IMG/VR virus record: IMGVR_UViG_3300037797_000045
Coordinates: 1 to 40,769 of that record
Direction: 5' to 3' (one strand)
Length of the DNA: 40,769 bases
From: a virus
Lineage: Duplodnaviria; Caudoviricetes
The translations under genes were made by a program, and so were the position numbers. Position 1 is the stretch's first letter; each line of letters opens with the position of its first letter. The notes below the pieces were generated by a model that saw only the letters and a list, made by a program, of their open reading frames with translations, had not been told where the DNA came from and made no database searches. Of the stretch, positions 24,352 to 32,315 are shown in pieces.

Positions 24352-25176
24352 TCATCGCACCGCTCCCGCTATCTGGACGACAACCGAACCGAGCGAGCGA
24401 GCCGTTCCATCGCCATTGCCGGGACGCCTCAGCCTCGCCGCGATCTTGAGCGCTTCGTCAGCATCCCGATCGCGACCAATCTTCCGGTAGAAGGCGGCGG
24501 TTTCCTCATATTGGCGAATGCGGGCCGGGATCGTCCTGGCCTGTTTCTCGACTTCGGCACCGTAAGAGCCTTCGAGAATCTTTCGAAGCTTCGACGGGGT
24601 GAGGAGAAAGTCGAAATCCGGGCGCCATTTGGAATCGCGACCGACGCCCATCAACCAAGGTGAGCGCCTGATCATGCCGATCGCTTCGAGCAGCCCTTCC
24701 TCGCCATGCTCCTTCAGCCGAAGCCGCATGCTCTGCCGGCGAGAGGCGTCCAGAACGCGGACCTTCGGCAGACCGCATCCTGCCGCCATTTCATTCCAGG
24801 AATCGACTACGCGCTGTAAGGAAGCTTTAGCTTCCGTATTGGTGGTTCTTGACGGTTTGTCCGAAGCGGCTTCGGGGGTCTGCGTCGTTCCCTTCGGGGG
24901 CGAAGCAACTTCGGGGGCGATATCCTTGCGGGGGTGGACGGAATAATTACAGCCCTTCCCAGGAACCTCTCGGCGGGTGAGGTGGCCAGCATCGACCAGA
25001 CGGCGAATAGAGCCTTGGATTGTCCGGTCTGACTTGCTGCATTTGATCGTCAGCGATCGCATTGACGGCCAGCAATGCCCCTCGTCATTCGCGGAATCTG
25101 CGAGCGCGAGCAGCACGATCTTTTCGCTATCGGGCAAGTCGAGCGCCCAAACGAGAGTCATCATGCGAACGCTCAC
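24352..25176 (-). CDS. Replication initiator, N-terminal HTH (lambda O-like role)
   Basis: EKIVLLALAD.A...G.CWPS, S.RT.Q..I..L...G.L, internal iterons, C-terminal W..DFDFLL....L.KILEG.Y. Confidence 0.85.
   Translation of the reverse strand: MSVRMMTLVWALDLPDSEKIVLLALADSANDEGHCWPSMRSLTIKCSKSDRTIQGSIRRLVDAGHLTRREVPGKGCNYSVHPRKDIAPEVASPPKGTTQTPEAASDKPSRTTNTEAKASLQRVVDSWNEMAAGCGLPKVRVLDASRRQSMRLRLKEHGEEGLLEAIGMIRRSPWLMGVGRDSKWRPDFDFLLTPSKLRKILEGSYGAEVEKQARTIPARIRQYEETAAFYRKIGRDRDADEALKIAARLRRPGNGDGTARSLGSVVVQIAGAVR
24862..24934. repeat. Iterons of the replication origin
   Basis: Four 17-bp units ending CGGGGG: CGAAGCGGCTTCGGGGG 24862, GTCGTTCCCTTCGGGGG 24884, CGAAGCAACTTCGGGGG 24901, CGATATCCTTGCGGGGG 24918. 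Confidence 0.75.
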
Positions 25177-25484
25177 CGTCCCGCTTCCTCTCTCAGCCTG
25201 TCTATGAGCGCCGCAATAACTGGATTGGTCGCCACCAGCTCACTGGCGCGACGGCAGCCGTAAATGATGCTGGTGTGGTCCCGGAAACCGAGGTGATCGG
25301 CTATTTGCCGGTAGGATTTTCCCTGTTCGTGTGCTACCTTCATCACGGCGAAGCGCGGCCAAGCAATGCGGCGGGAAGTCGGGCGCGCGACCAGCGGCAT
25401 TGTGGCAAATATCTCGTCTCTCTGGAGGCCGGATTCCTCGGCTGCCACATAAGCAAGGCGGCGGATAATTGGCTTCATCGGCAC
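25173..25484 (-). CDS. DnaA C-terminal-like HTH protein
   Basis: RRIAWPRF.VM..A...G.SY.QIA..LG.RDHTSIIYG. Confidence 0.8.
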   Translation of the reverse strand: MPMKPIIRRLAYVAAEESGLQRDEIFATMPLVARPTSRRIAWPRFAVMKVAHEQGKSYRQIADHLGFRDHTSIIYGCRRASELVATNPVIAALIDRLREEAGR

Positions 25485-25717
25485 TGTTCCTTCCCCAACT
25501 GCGTGACGATGCGCTGGAGCATGGTGCGGCCGTAGCCTTTAGAGCAGCCGACTCTTACGGCGGCGTCGGCGGGCTCCATCCCTTCCGCCAGCAGCTCGGC
25601 GAAGGCGTCGAGCCTTGCGCTGGCCTCGTCGCGCCTCTCTCGGCGCTGCTGTGCCCTGTACACGGCGAACGAGCGGCCTTGATTGTGCGAGCGATGCGTG
25701 AACAGCCCCGTAGCCAT
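25475..25717 (-). CDS. Small HTH-like protein
   Basis: FAELLAEG.....AA.R.G, TGATG coupling. Confidence 0.6.
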   Translation of the reverse strand: MATGLFTHRSHNQGRSFAVYRAQQRRERRDEASARLDAFAELLAEGMEPADAAVRVGCSKGYGRTMLQRIVTQLGKEQCR

Positions 25718-25941
25718 CAATACCCCTCCATCCATGTGCTGCCGGTAGGATCGCTGTCAGGGGCCAGAGCAGCGCCTAGCGCCTCCCTGCGCGCGGCCTG
25801 GAATCCACGGATGAACTCCGCTTCGTCGGCTGGTGCGTGACTGTCCTGGGTCGGATAATCGGGCTTGGCCTTCGAATTGGTGGCGCAATTCTCGTAGTGA
25901 GCGCGGCCCTTGTCGTACCAGCTTCTGTGGGAGGATGTCAT
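25717..25941 (-). CDS. Hypothetical protein
   Basis: 74 aa coupled on both sides. Confidence 0.55.
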   Translation of the reverse strand: MTSSHRSWYDKGRAHYENCATNSKAKPDYPTQDSHAPADEAEFIRGFQAARREALGAALAPDSDPTGSTWMEGY

Positions 25942-26648
25942 GCGGCCACCTCATTGAATAGGTTGCCTTGACGCTGTGCATCCTCTATACGTTTGCAGGC
26001 TATGTCGAAGTAGCGCGGCTCTTTCTCAATGCCGATGAACTTGCGCTTGTCCATGACGGCGGCGACTCCGGTGGTGCCGGAGCCCATGAATGGGTCGAGG
26101 ACAGTGGCGGGATCAAGAAAAGCAAGCAGGCGCAATATCAGCGGGACCGGTTTCTCGTTCTTGTGATCCTTACGCGCCCATGTCGGGATAATAGGCACGT
26201 CCCAAACGGAAGTCTCGAACCGAGCGCCGGTGATGCCTTTTGCGCTGAACAACCAAATCCGTTCGTCACGCGTTGCAAGCGGACAAGGCGGGCCGACGTG
26301 GCAATCTTTCGCCCACACTATTTCGGCACGGATCGGATAAGACATGGCGCGCTCAACCTCTGCCCGCTTGCGCCAGTGCCCAAACCACGCGATGATGGGG
26401 GCCACGCCGCAACAGAGCCGCGCCCACTCAGGGTCAATCGAGGTGTCCCAGTGACTCTCGGGGTGCCAAGTGTTCGTGACTGCTCGGCCAGAGCGTTTCC
26501 CGGTTACACCTTTCGCAGTCAAAGGTGCGTCTCCGATCCCATATGGCGGATCGGTCACGACAGCATCTACACTGCCGAGCGTCGGCAGCACGTCGAGACA
26601 GTCGCCCTCGTACAGCCTCGCATTTCCGATGATGACGGGCTCGCTCAC
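25938..26648 (-). CDS. Orphan beta-class N6A/N4C DNA methyltransferase
   Basis: GDC, TDPPYG, H..EKP, VLDPFMGSGTTG. Confidence 0.9.
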   Translation of the reverse strand: MSEPVIIGNARLYEGDCLDVLPTLGSVDAVVTDPPYGIGDAPLTAKGVTGKRSGRAVTNTWHPESHWDTSIDPEWARLCCGVAPIIAWFGHWRKRAEVERAMSYPIRAEIVWAKDCHVGPPCPLATRDERIWLFSAKGITGARFETSVWDVPIIPTWARKDHKNEKPVPLILRLLAFLDPATVLDPFMGSGTTGVAAVMDKRKFIGIEKEPRYFDIACKRIEDAQRQGNLFNEVAA

Positions 26649-27040
26649 CCCTCCCTCCATTCCACAACACTGGCAGGAGCACCGCGAGACTTGAGGTGTG
26701 CGAAGGCTTGCGCTGGCGAGGTGACGACGGCGGGCTCGAAACCCATCTCGGCAAGCTCGGCATGGATGCGCTGCTGTTCGGGCGACAGGCGGGAAGCGCA
26801 GCCGGGGCGCTTTACCTCGATAAGGGCGTGGCCATGGTTCCAGTAGCAGGCGAGGTCAGGCGCGCCAGGCTTCAATCCGTCGCCAAGCAGCCCGCCCATC
26901 GTGCGTCGGCGTGCCTTCTCGTCATTGCCGAGAAAAGCACCGTTGGGGACGTGCCAGACGAGGACGCGCGGGAAGCATGTGCCGAGCATTTGGAGGATGG
27001 CGCGCTGCGTCTGGCGTTCGGTTGGGGCGGGCGGCTTCAT
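26645..27040 (-). CDS. VRR-NUC nuclease
   Basis: E...Q..I, HVPNG, G..PGAPDL, IEVK, LSPEQ. Confidence 0.85.
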   Translation of the reverse strand: MKPPAPTERQTQRAILQMLGTCFPRVLVWHVPNGAFLGNDEKARRRTMGGLLGDGLKPGAPDLACYWNHGHALIEVKRPGCASRLSPEQQRIHAELAEMGFEPAVVTSPAQAFAHLKSRGAPASVVEWREG

Positions 27041-27735
27041 GCGGCTTGCTCGTCAAAGAGGCTACCCTGCCTTTGCGCATCCTCGATGCGGCGGCAGGCG
27101 GTCGCGAAGTGGCGCTCGTCCAGTTCGATCCCGATGAAGTTTCGGCCCAGCGCCGCGCACGCGACACCCGTGGTTCCGCTCCCCATGAACGGATCAAGCA
27201 CCGTTTCGCCGGCCAGTGAGGCACGCTCGACAAGCCACGTCCATTGCCGCAGCGGCTTCGGGCAGGGGTGCGGCGTTTCGCGGTCAATGTCGTTGCAATT
27301 CGGGCGGCTGTCCGGGCGCAAACGGCCCTGATGCGGGTCACGGCCATAATAGAGAATCGGCTGCCACAGGACCGGCCCCCAGCACGACATGACGGTGCTG
27401 CCAGGATATTGAAAGCTTCCAATGTGCGCCGGTTCGGGGTATAGTCGCTGATGCCGAATCCCAGGAGTTACGGCGGCTCTTTCCCACCGTGAAACGCACT
27501 CGGAAACGGCGAGGATGACGACCGTCTCGACATATTCGCGGTTGTCGGTGAACGCAGCCTGATAGTCGCTTTTGGACGGACGCGCGGAAGCCTTGCGAAG
27601 CCCGCTGCCCCACCCGCCGGCGACACCATAGGGCGGATCGGCGACCGTGACGGACACCCCCTCCAGCGATGCGAGAATATCGCGACAATCGCCAAGGTAG
27701 AGCGTGGCGCGACCGATGATGACAGGCTCGATCAC
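27037..27735 (-). CDS. Orphan beta-class N6A/N4C DNA methyltransferase
   Basis: GDC, ADPPYG, HPCPKP, VLDPFMGSGTTG. Confidence 0.9.
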   Translation of the reverse strand: MIEPVIIGRATLYLGDCRDILASLEGVSVTVADPPYGVAGGWGSGLRKASARPSKSDYQAAFTDNREYVETVVILAVSECVSRWERAAVTPGIRHQRLYPEPAHIGSFQYPGSTVMSCWGPVLWQPILYYGRDPHQGRLRPDSRPNCNDIDRETPHPCPKPLRQWTWLVERASLAGETVLDPFMGSGTTGVACAALGRNFIGIELDERHFATACRRIEDAQRQGSLFDEQAA

Positions 27736-27878
27736 GACGCCCGCCTCGTTTCCCAGCCCTTTCGAGCGGCGGCGCTACGCCGGGGACGCCTGGCCTTGCG
27801 GAGCTTCAGCGCCAGCTCGAAGCCGGTTTCCAGATCGATGCGGCGCAGCTCGGCCATTAGGGTTACGAGGTCGGTCAT
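27732..27878 (-). CDS. 48-aa basic protein (RSAAARKGWETRR)
   Basis: Overlaps both neighbours by 4 nt. Not in the ORF track. Confidence 0.55.
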   Translation of the reverse strand: MTDLVTLMAELRRIDLETGFELALKLRKARRPRRSAAARKGWETRRAS

Positions 27879-28120
27879 GCCTCGTTGAGCTTCCCGCGCT
27901 CGCCACCAGCCGCCTCCACGGCGTCTTCAATGTCGATCTGTTTCGCGCGGAGTTCCTGCTGTGTGGCGCGAACTTCGCGACTGTTGGCCGAGCGCTTCCC
28001 GGCAGGGAGCCATACCTTGTTGGCGCGGCGAGCCGCCTCGGCCGAGCTGCACGAGTCGCCGCCGATCGGATATTCCGTCAGCGACTGTAGCCAATCGCGT
28101 TCCGTGCTGTGCTGCGTCAT
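27875..28120 (-). CDS. Hypothetical protein
   Basis: AGGAGG RBS, 81 aa. Confidence 0.55.
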   Translation of the reverse strand: MTQHSTERDWLQSLTEYPIGGDSCSSAEAARRANKVWLPAGKRSANSREVRATQQELRAKQIDIEDAVEAAGGERGKLNEA

Positions 28121-28293
28121 GTGGCCCTCCTTCTGCTGGCCAGTTCGTTGGCGATGATCTCCTGAATGAGCGGGGCCTTCACGATCCGCTTGGCGGGCCA
28201 CGTCTGAAAGTCGCGGGGCCGCACGCTCCGCAGCCGCTCGATCGGCATGGCGCGCAGCAGCTTCGCGATGAGCGGCGCGGTGTAGGGCTCCAT
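28117..28293 (-). CDS. Hypothetical protein (58 aa)
   Basis: Coupled on both sides. MEPYTAPLIAKLLRAMP... Confidence 0.5.
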   Translation of the reverse strand: MEPYTAPLIAKLLRAMPIERLRSVRPRDFQTWPAKRIVKAPLIQEIIANELASRRRAT

Positions 28294-28736
28294 CACGCCG
28301 CCTTGCTCCCGATCGAACGCAGCTTTGCCCCATGCCGCTCGCCGAGTTCGCCGAGCCGGGCCTTTTCGCGCGGGCTGAGATCGGGCCCGCTTTCGCTTGC
28401 CGGACTGGTCGCTTTCAGATATTCCTGCGCGAACTCGGCGGCGCCTTCCGCGGCTTCGTGCAGGGCGGCGTCCTCAAGCGTCTCAGTCGCCACCACGCGG
28501 CCGTAGGGGCGCAAGGGAAGGCTCAGCAGGTAATCTGGCAACCCGGCCTGTGCGAGCGCCCCAGCGGCCCACAGGGGCATCGTAGCGCCCCCTTTCCAGT
28601 CGCGCAGGGTCGAGGCGGGGATGCCGCTTTCGGCCGAGAGGATGGCGATCGACAGGCCGAAGTCGCGCTCGGCAAGCCGGAACATGCGCTCCTGCGCTTC
28701 AACGGAAAGCCGTGCTTGCAGCCTTCGATTATCCAT
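28293..28736 (-). CDS. CII-like XRE-HTH regulator
   Basis: LSIAILSAESGIPASTLRDW HTH, downstream of cro. Confidence 0.65.
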   Translation of the reverse strand: MDNRRLQARLSVEAQERMFRLAERDFGLSIAILSAESGIPASTLRDWKGGATMPLWAAGALAQAGLPDYLLSLPLRPYGRVVATETLEDAALHEAAEGAAEFAQEYLKATSPASESGPDLSPREKARLGELGERHGAKLRSIGSKAA

Positions 28737-29061
28737 GATCCCGCAGACCTTTCGCGGCTACGATTCCAGGATGGACAGGCTTGGCGATCGACAGATCGGA
28801 CAGCCCTTTGCGGGCCAACCCCTCGATGCGTGGGTCGGACTCGGGACAGTCGCGCATCGGATCGTCACGAGGCTCGCCGATCCAGTTGGATATGTCGCCG
28901 CTGAATGGGGGCATACAGGCGCTGCTACGCGCACGGTCACGCTTATCGTCGCTCAGTCGGGCGAGGCGAGCGATCAGGGCGCCAACGCCAATCGTCAGGA
29001 ATATCACACCGACAATGGCTGCCAGGATGAAGCCGAGGGCTATGGTGAGGTAGGGGAGCAT
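28729..29061 (-). CDS. Membrane protein, N-terminal TM
   Basis: Long hydrophobic N-terminus. Confidence 0.5.
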   Translation of the reverse strand: MLPYLTIALGFILAAIVGVIFLTIGVGALIARLARLSDDKRDRARSSACMPPFSGDISNWIGEPRDDPMRDCPESDPRIEGLARKGLSDLSIAKPVHPGIVAAKGLRDHG

Positions 29062-29064
29062 CGG

Positions 29065-29307
29065 CTATTCTTCCGGGATGAGGCGCTGGAACTCTTTCGA
29101 ATTGGGGCTGCCCATGATAAGATATTGCCGCTGTCGCTTGTCGGTGACTGTCACCGTTCCCGGCTCGGGGAGGACGCGCACGGGATCGAGAATTACGGTC
29201 GGGCGGTCGATGAAACCGACGATACGCCAAAGCTGGCCGCGTTCATCGACAACGTAGCCGCCGCTTGCCTCGCTCCATTGCGCGCTCGGAATGTCGAGGC
29301 CCCTCAC
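29065..29307 (-). CDS. Hypothetical protein
   Basis: 80 aa from a GTG, beta-rich. Start uncertain. Confidence 0.5.
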   Translation of the reverse strand: MRGLDIPSAQWSEASGGYVVDERGQLWRIVGFIDRPTVILDPVRVLPEPGTVTVTDKRQRQYLIMGSPNSKEFQRLIPEE

Positions 29308-29392
29308 CCCGCACCGCCTTTTGTGCGACAGGTTTGGGGATTGCGGAAGACTGTGGCGTATGCGGGCGGGAGTAGCGGGTGATGGGGCGCGT

Positions 29393-29614
29393 TCATGACG
29401 CTTTAGCCAGTGGGACATCGTTGCGGCGGGCGGCAGCGGCCAGCGCAAGCTCTTCAAGGCTTGCATTGCCCTCGTCGGCGAACGCGGCCCAATGCTCGGC
29501 GGGAATGCTGTCGCGCTGGACCCATGACCTTACGGTGTGGACCGAAACGCAGCGGCGGATCGCGACCTCTTCCGGTTTCCCGGCCGCCGCGACGATTTGA
29601 GCGTGTGTGCGCAT
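29393..29614 (-). CDS. cro: Cro-like repressor
   Basis: 73 aa HTH VS.HTVRSW..RDSIP..HW, divergent from cI. Confidence 0.85.
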   Translation of the reverse strand: MRTHAQIVAAAGKPEEVAIRRCVSVHTVRSWVQRDSIPAEHWAAFADEGNASLEELALAAAARRNDVPLAKAS

Positions 29615-29620
29615 ACGGCC

Positions 29621-29666
29621 ATAATGCATGATGCATCAGCCGGGCGCAAGTGCCTTTTGCATCAAT
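29621..29666 (-). promoter_or_regulatory. PR/OR
   Basis: TTGCGC-N17-CATTAT with two TGC-N5-GCA boxes. 35/46 identical to the reverse complement of 30514-30559. Confidence 0.8.
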
Positions 29667-29686
29667 CTTCGGTCTACGCGGCGAGC

Positions 29687-30355
29687 ATGGGCGAAGCCGG
29701 TGAGCGACTGAAGGAAGCAAGGGAGCGAGCGGGCTATACGTCTGCCTCGTCCGCAGCCGAAGCGATGGGTGTGCCCGTCCCGACATATATCCAGCACGAG
29801 AACGGGAGTCGGGGCTTCCCCGCCGACCGCGCCCAAAGGTACGGGCGCTTCTTCCGCGTCGCCCCGGAATGGCTGCTATACGGCAAACACCGCGACCAAA
29901 CTGATTCCGTTTCGCTAGGACCGCGACTTCATGTAAAGGGGGAAGTCGCGGCCGGTGTCTGGCGGGAGGCATGGGAGTTTGATCCCGATGAATGGGAAGT
30001 GTTCACGGGCCGCTCTGACATAGCGGCTTCGCCGAGAGAGCGATTTGGTCTCCGCGTAGTCGGCGATTCCATGAATGAGGTTTACCCGCCCGGCACCATC
30101 ATTGAGTGCGTATCCTACAGAGGCGATGGGGCAATCCTGGCCGGCAAGCGCGTCGTCGTGCTGAGAAAGCGAATCGACGGCACCGTGGAAACCACCGTCA
30201 AGGAGCTGGTCCTCGACCCCGATGGGCGGACTTGGCTCCGGCCCCGCTCGACCAACCCGGCCTTCCAGGCATTCCCCGCCGACTCGCCAGACTCACCCGA
30301 TATAACGCGGGTCGAAATCATCGGAATCGTCGTCGCCTCGATCCGGCCGGAATGA
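29687..30355 (+). CDS. cI: CI-like repressor (XRE HTH + S24 autopeptidase)
   Basis: RLKEARERAG, TY..HENG.R, PEWLLYG, LRVVGDSM catalytic Ser, TVK catalytic Lys. Confidence 0.93.
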   Translation: MGEAGERLKEARERAGYTSASSAAEAMGVPVPTYIQHENGSRGFPADRAQRYGRFFRVAPEWLLYGKHRDQTDSVSLGPRLHVKGEVAAGVWREAWEFDPDEWEVFTGRSDIAASPRERFGLRVVGDSMNEVYPPGTIIECVSYRGDGAILAGKRVVVLRKRIDGTVETTVKELVLDPDGRTWLRPRSTNPAFQAFPADSPDSPDITRVEIIGIVVASIRPE

Positions 30356-30489
30356 CGAACCGCCGCCTCCTGATCGCATTGGCGATTGTCGCCGTCGCCG
30401 GATTCGCAGCGGCCGTGGTTCTCGCTCCGGGCAATGGCCAGCTCGGCCGATTCGGCATCAAGCCCGGCTCCCCCGCCCCTCCGAAATAA
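30352..30489 (+). CDS. 45-aa membrane-anchored peptide co-transcribed with cI
   Basis: ATGA overlap. MTNRRLLIALAIVAVAGFAAAVVLAP... Confidence 0.55.
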   Translation: MTNRRLLIALAIVAVAGFAAAVVLAPGNGQLGRFGIKPGSPAPPK

Positions 30490-30513
30490 GCTCCACCGGC
30501 AAATTATTTTTGC

Positions 30514-30559
30514 ATTGATGCGTTTTGCACTTGCGCGTAGCTGATGCAATGTGCATTAT
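30514..30559 (+). promoter_or_regulatory. PL/OL
   Basis: TTGCGC 30531-36, N17, CATTAT 30554-59. TGC-N5-GCA boxes at 30519 and 30545. Confidence 0.8.
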
Positions 30560-30589
30560 AGCTCCCATCGAACCAGACGGAGAGCCCCG

Positions 30590-30805
30590 ATGCCCGCACA
30601 GCTTCATAGCCACCACACGCTGCTCGACACGCTCACGCTCGTTCGTGACCGCGAGTATCGACGAGCGGTAGACGAGTTCGAGGCCGAGCATGGCCGCCCC
30701 TACGATGGCGCGAGCGATGCGGACTGGGACCGCCTCGATAAGAGCTACACCGCCGTAGACGAGGCAATCCACCTATTCTGTCAGGCTCAAGCAAAAGCCG
30801 CATAG
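30590..30805 (+). CDS. Hypothetical protein, first gene of the PL operon
   Basis: GGAG RBS, 71 aa. Confidence 0.65.
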   Translation: MPAQLHSHHTLLDTLTLVRDREYRRAVDEFEAEHGRPYDGASDADWDRLDKSYTAVDEAIHLFCQAQAKAA

Positions 30806-30809
30806 CACA

Positions 30810-30837
30810 GAGGGCGGCGTTCCCCCGCGCCGCCCTC
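30810..30837 (+). other. Strong intergenic hairpin without U-tract
   Basis: GAGGGCGGCG-N8-CGCCGCCCTC, perfect 10-bp stem. Confidence 0.6.
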
Positions 30838-30860
30838 GCCCTGAAACGAGGAGCAAGATC

Positions 30861-31184
30861 ATGAGCCGTAGTGCCGATAGGACCGATAGGCTGCCAGAAG
30901 GGCCGTGGCGCGTCTCCGGCTTTGAGATTTCCGCCGACGGCGACAACCGCATGGTTATGGGCGCGGACGGCTTTGCAGTCGCCTACATCAGCGGACGATC
31001 GAGAGCGGAACATGAAGCCATTGCCACCCTGATAGCCGCGAGCCCGTGCATGTACGAGGCGCTGGATGGCTTCGTCAAACAGTGGGAGGCGTGCGGTCCG
31101 AATAGCGACTTCGGCCGCTACTTCGAGCCCGTCTACCAGCCCGCCCGCGCCGCCCTCGCACGCGCACGCGGGGACACACCATGA
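30861..31184 (+). CDS. Hypothetical phage protein (GPW...A.LIAA.P pattern)
   Basis: AGGAG RBS, motif shared with 31650-31964. Confidence 0.7.
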   Translation: MSRSADRTDRLPEGPWRVSGFEISADGDNRMVMGADGFAVAYISGRSRAEHEAIATLIAASPCMYEALDGFVKQWEACGPNSDFGRYFEPVYQPARAALARARGDTP

Positions 31185-31387
31185 CCGCAGCCATAGCTGA
31201 TGTGCTGGAGAAGGCATCGGACCTGAGAGCGCTGGCGGAGCGGGCTGAGCGCCACGCAATCGGCCTCGCAGTCGGAGCGTTCGGCGACGATTATTGGGGC
31301 GATGCTTCAATAATGGCGCGGGCGGCCGATCTGCTCACTGTCGCCGCCGCCCTCAAGGCCCATGCAGAGAAGGATCGCTCGGCATGA
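31181..31387 (+). CDS. Hypothetical protein
   Basis: ATGA coupling. Confidence 0.6.
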   Translation: MTAAIADVLEKASDLRALAERAERHAIGLAVGAFGDDYWGDASIMARAADLLTVAAALKAHAEKDRSA

Positions 31388-31653
31388 CGAACCGCGCCGC
31401 CTCGCTCCTCACCACTTACCGCACCGGCCTCCAAGCCGCCCTGCGTCATTTCGAGCGCACCGGAGACGTGTTCAGCGCCAACCTGGCCCGCCGGTATCTG
31501 GCGCGGGTGAACGAAAGCGCCGCCGAACTGGAACGCTGGTCGGGCTTCGCAGCGCTGGTGATGGACGAACTCGGAAAGAACGGGCTTGGCCCTGCGATCG
31601 ACGGGCTGATCGAACAGGGGCGGGAGAAGGTTCAGAGGAAGGATGCGGCATGA
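31384..31653 (+). CDS. Hypothetical protein
   Basis: ATGA coupling, 89 aa. Confidence 0.6.
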   Translation: MTNRAASLLTTYRTGLQAALRHFERTGDVFSANLARRYLARVNESAAELERWSGFAALVMDELGKNGLGPAIDGLIEQGREKVQRKDAA

Positions 31654-31964
31654 GCGAGGAGACGAAGTTCACGCAGGGGCCGTGGCTCGCAGAGGGCGAG
31701 CTGGAGCCGATGGGCAGCTGTCTGTCTCGTCTCGTCGTTGGCGTCGATAGCGCAGTGGCATGTGTCCTGTTCGACGATGAGGACGACCCGACCGCCGAAG
31801 CCAATGCCACCCTGATCACCGCCGCCACGCAGCTTTATTGGGCGCTGTTCAAGCTCGCCCGCGCCGCTGATGCCTGCGCGCCGCAGTGCGAGGACATTCC
31901 CGGCGACGTACAGGCCCGCATGAACGAAGCCTTTGCCGTTCTCGCCACCGCGCGGGGGGAATGA
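31650..31964 (+). CDS. Hypothetical phage protein (FT.GPW...ANA.LI.AA pattern)
   Basis: Recurrent early-region phage motif. Confidence 0.7.
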   Translation: MSEETKFTQGPWLAEGELEPMGSCLSRLVVGVDSAVACVLFDDEDDPTAEANATLITAATQLYWALFKLARAADACAPQCEDIPGDVQARMNEAFAVLATARGE

Positions 31965-32009
31965 CCATGCGCGAGGCGAAAGGGAGCCGGCATGACCCGC
32001 GATAGCCGA

Positions 32010-32086
32010 CACTCGCCGAATGGCGGAGACGCCCTTGCGGCTCCGGGTGAAACCCGAGTGGCGGCGGTGCGCGAAGCGCAATCGCC
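32010..32086 (+). ncRNA. Compact intergenic structured element
   Basis: CACTCG/CGAGTG, CGCC-GAAT-GGCG, CGGGT-GAA-ACCCG, GGCGGTGCGC-GAA-GCGCA-A-TCGCC (some stems are alternatives). Confidence 0.4.
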
Positions 32087-32114
32087 ATGCTGCCAGCACC
32101 AAGGAGTCCGAACG

Positions 32115-32315
32115 ATGACCTATCCTTCCGCCGACACGCGCGATGTCGTGATCGAAGCCGCCCGCGCATTGCTCCGGGTGGACGATCTCCACCTCGACAA
32201 TCGGGACGAGAAAGCCGCCCTCCGCGACGCCCTGATCGACCATCGCAACAGCCTTCCCGAATATCGGGGAGCCTTTGAGAATTATGAGGGAGAGAGTCAT
32301 GACCGCCGCCGCTAA
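32115..32315 (+). CDS. Hypothetical protein
   Basis: AAGGAG RBS, 66 aa. Confidence 0.65.
   Translation: MTYPSADTRDVVIEAARALLRVDDLHLDNRDEKAALRDALIDHRNSLPEYRGAFENYEGESHDRRR

Noticed and set aside
23948-24355. 135-aa minus-strand ORF, and the 5' extension of ORF 23389-24249
   Set aside because: The translations are not protein-like apart from a weak HTH-like patch (GRSLAHIAAARKHSTI) that coincides with the antisense promoter. Dense strand-specific RNA structure explains the region better. Not fully excluded, since the ORF has an ATGA overlap with the initiator.
25938-27735. Restriction-modification system (two methyltransferases plus a nuclease)
   Set aside because: Stand-alone VRR-NUC genes are routine in lambdoid early regions, and there is no evidence of a cognate restriction enzyme.
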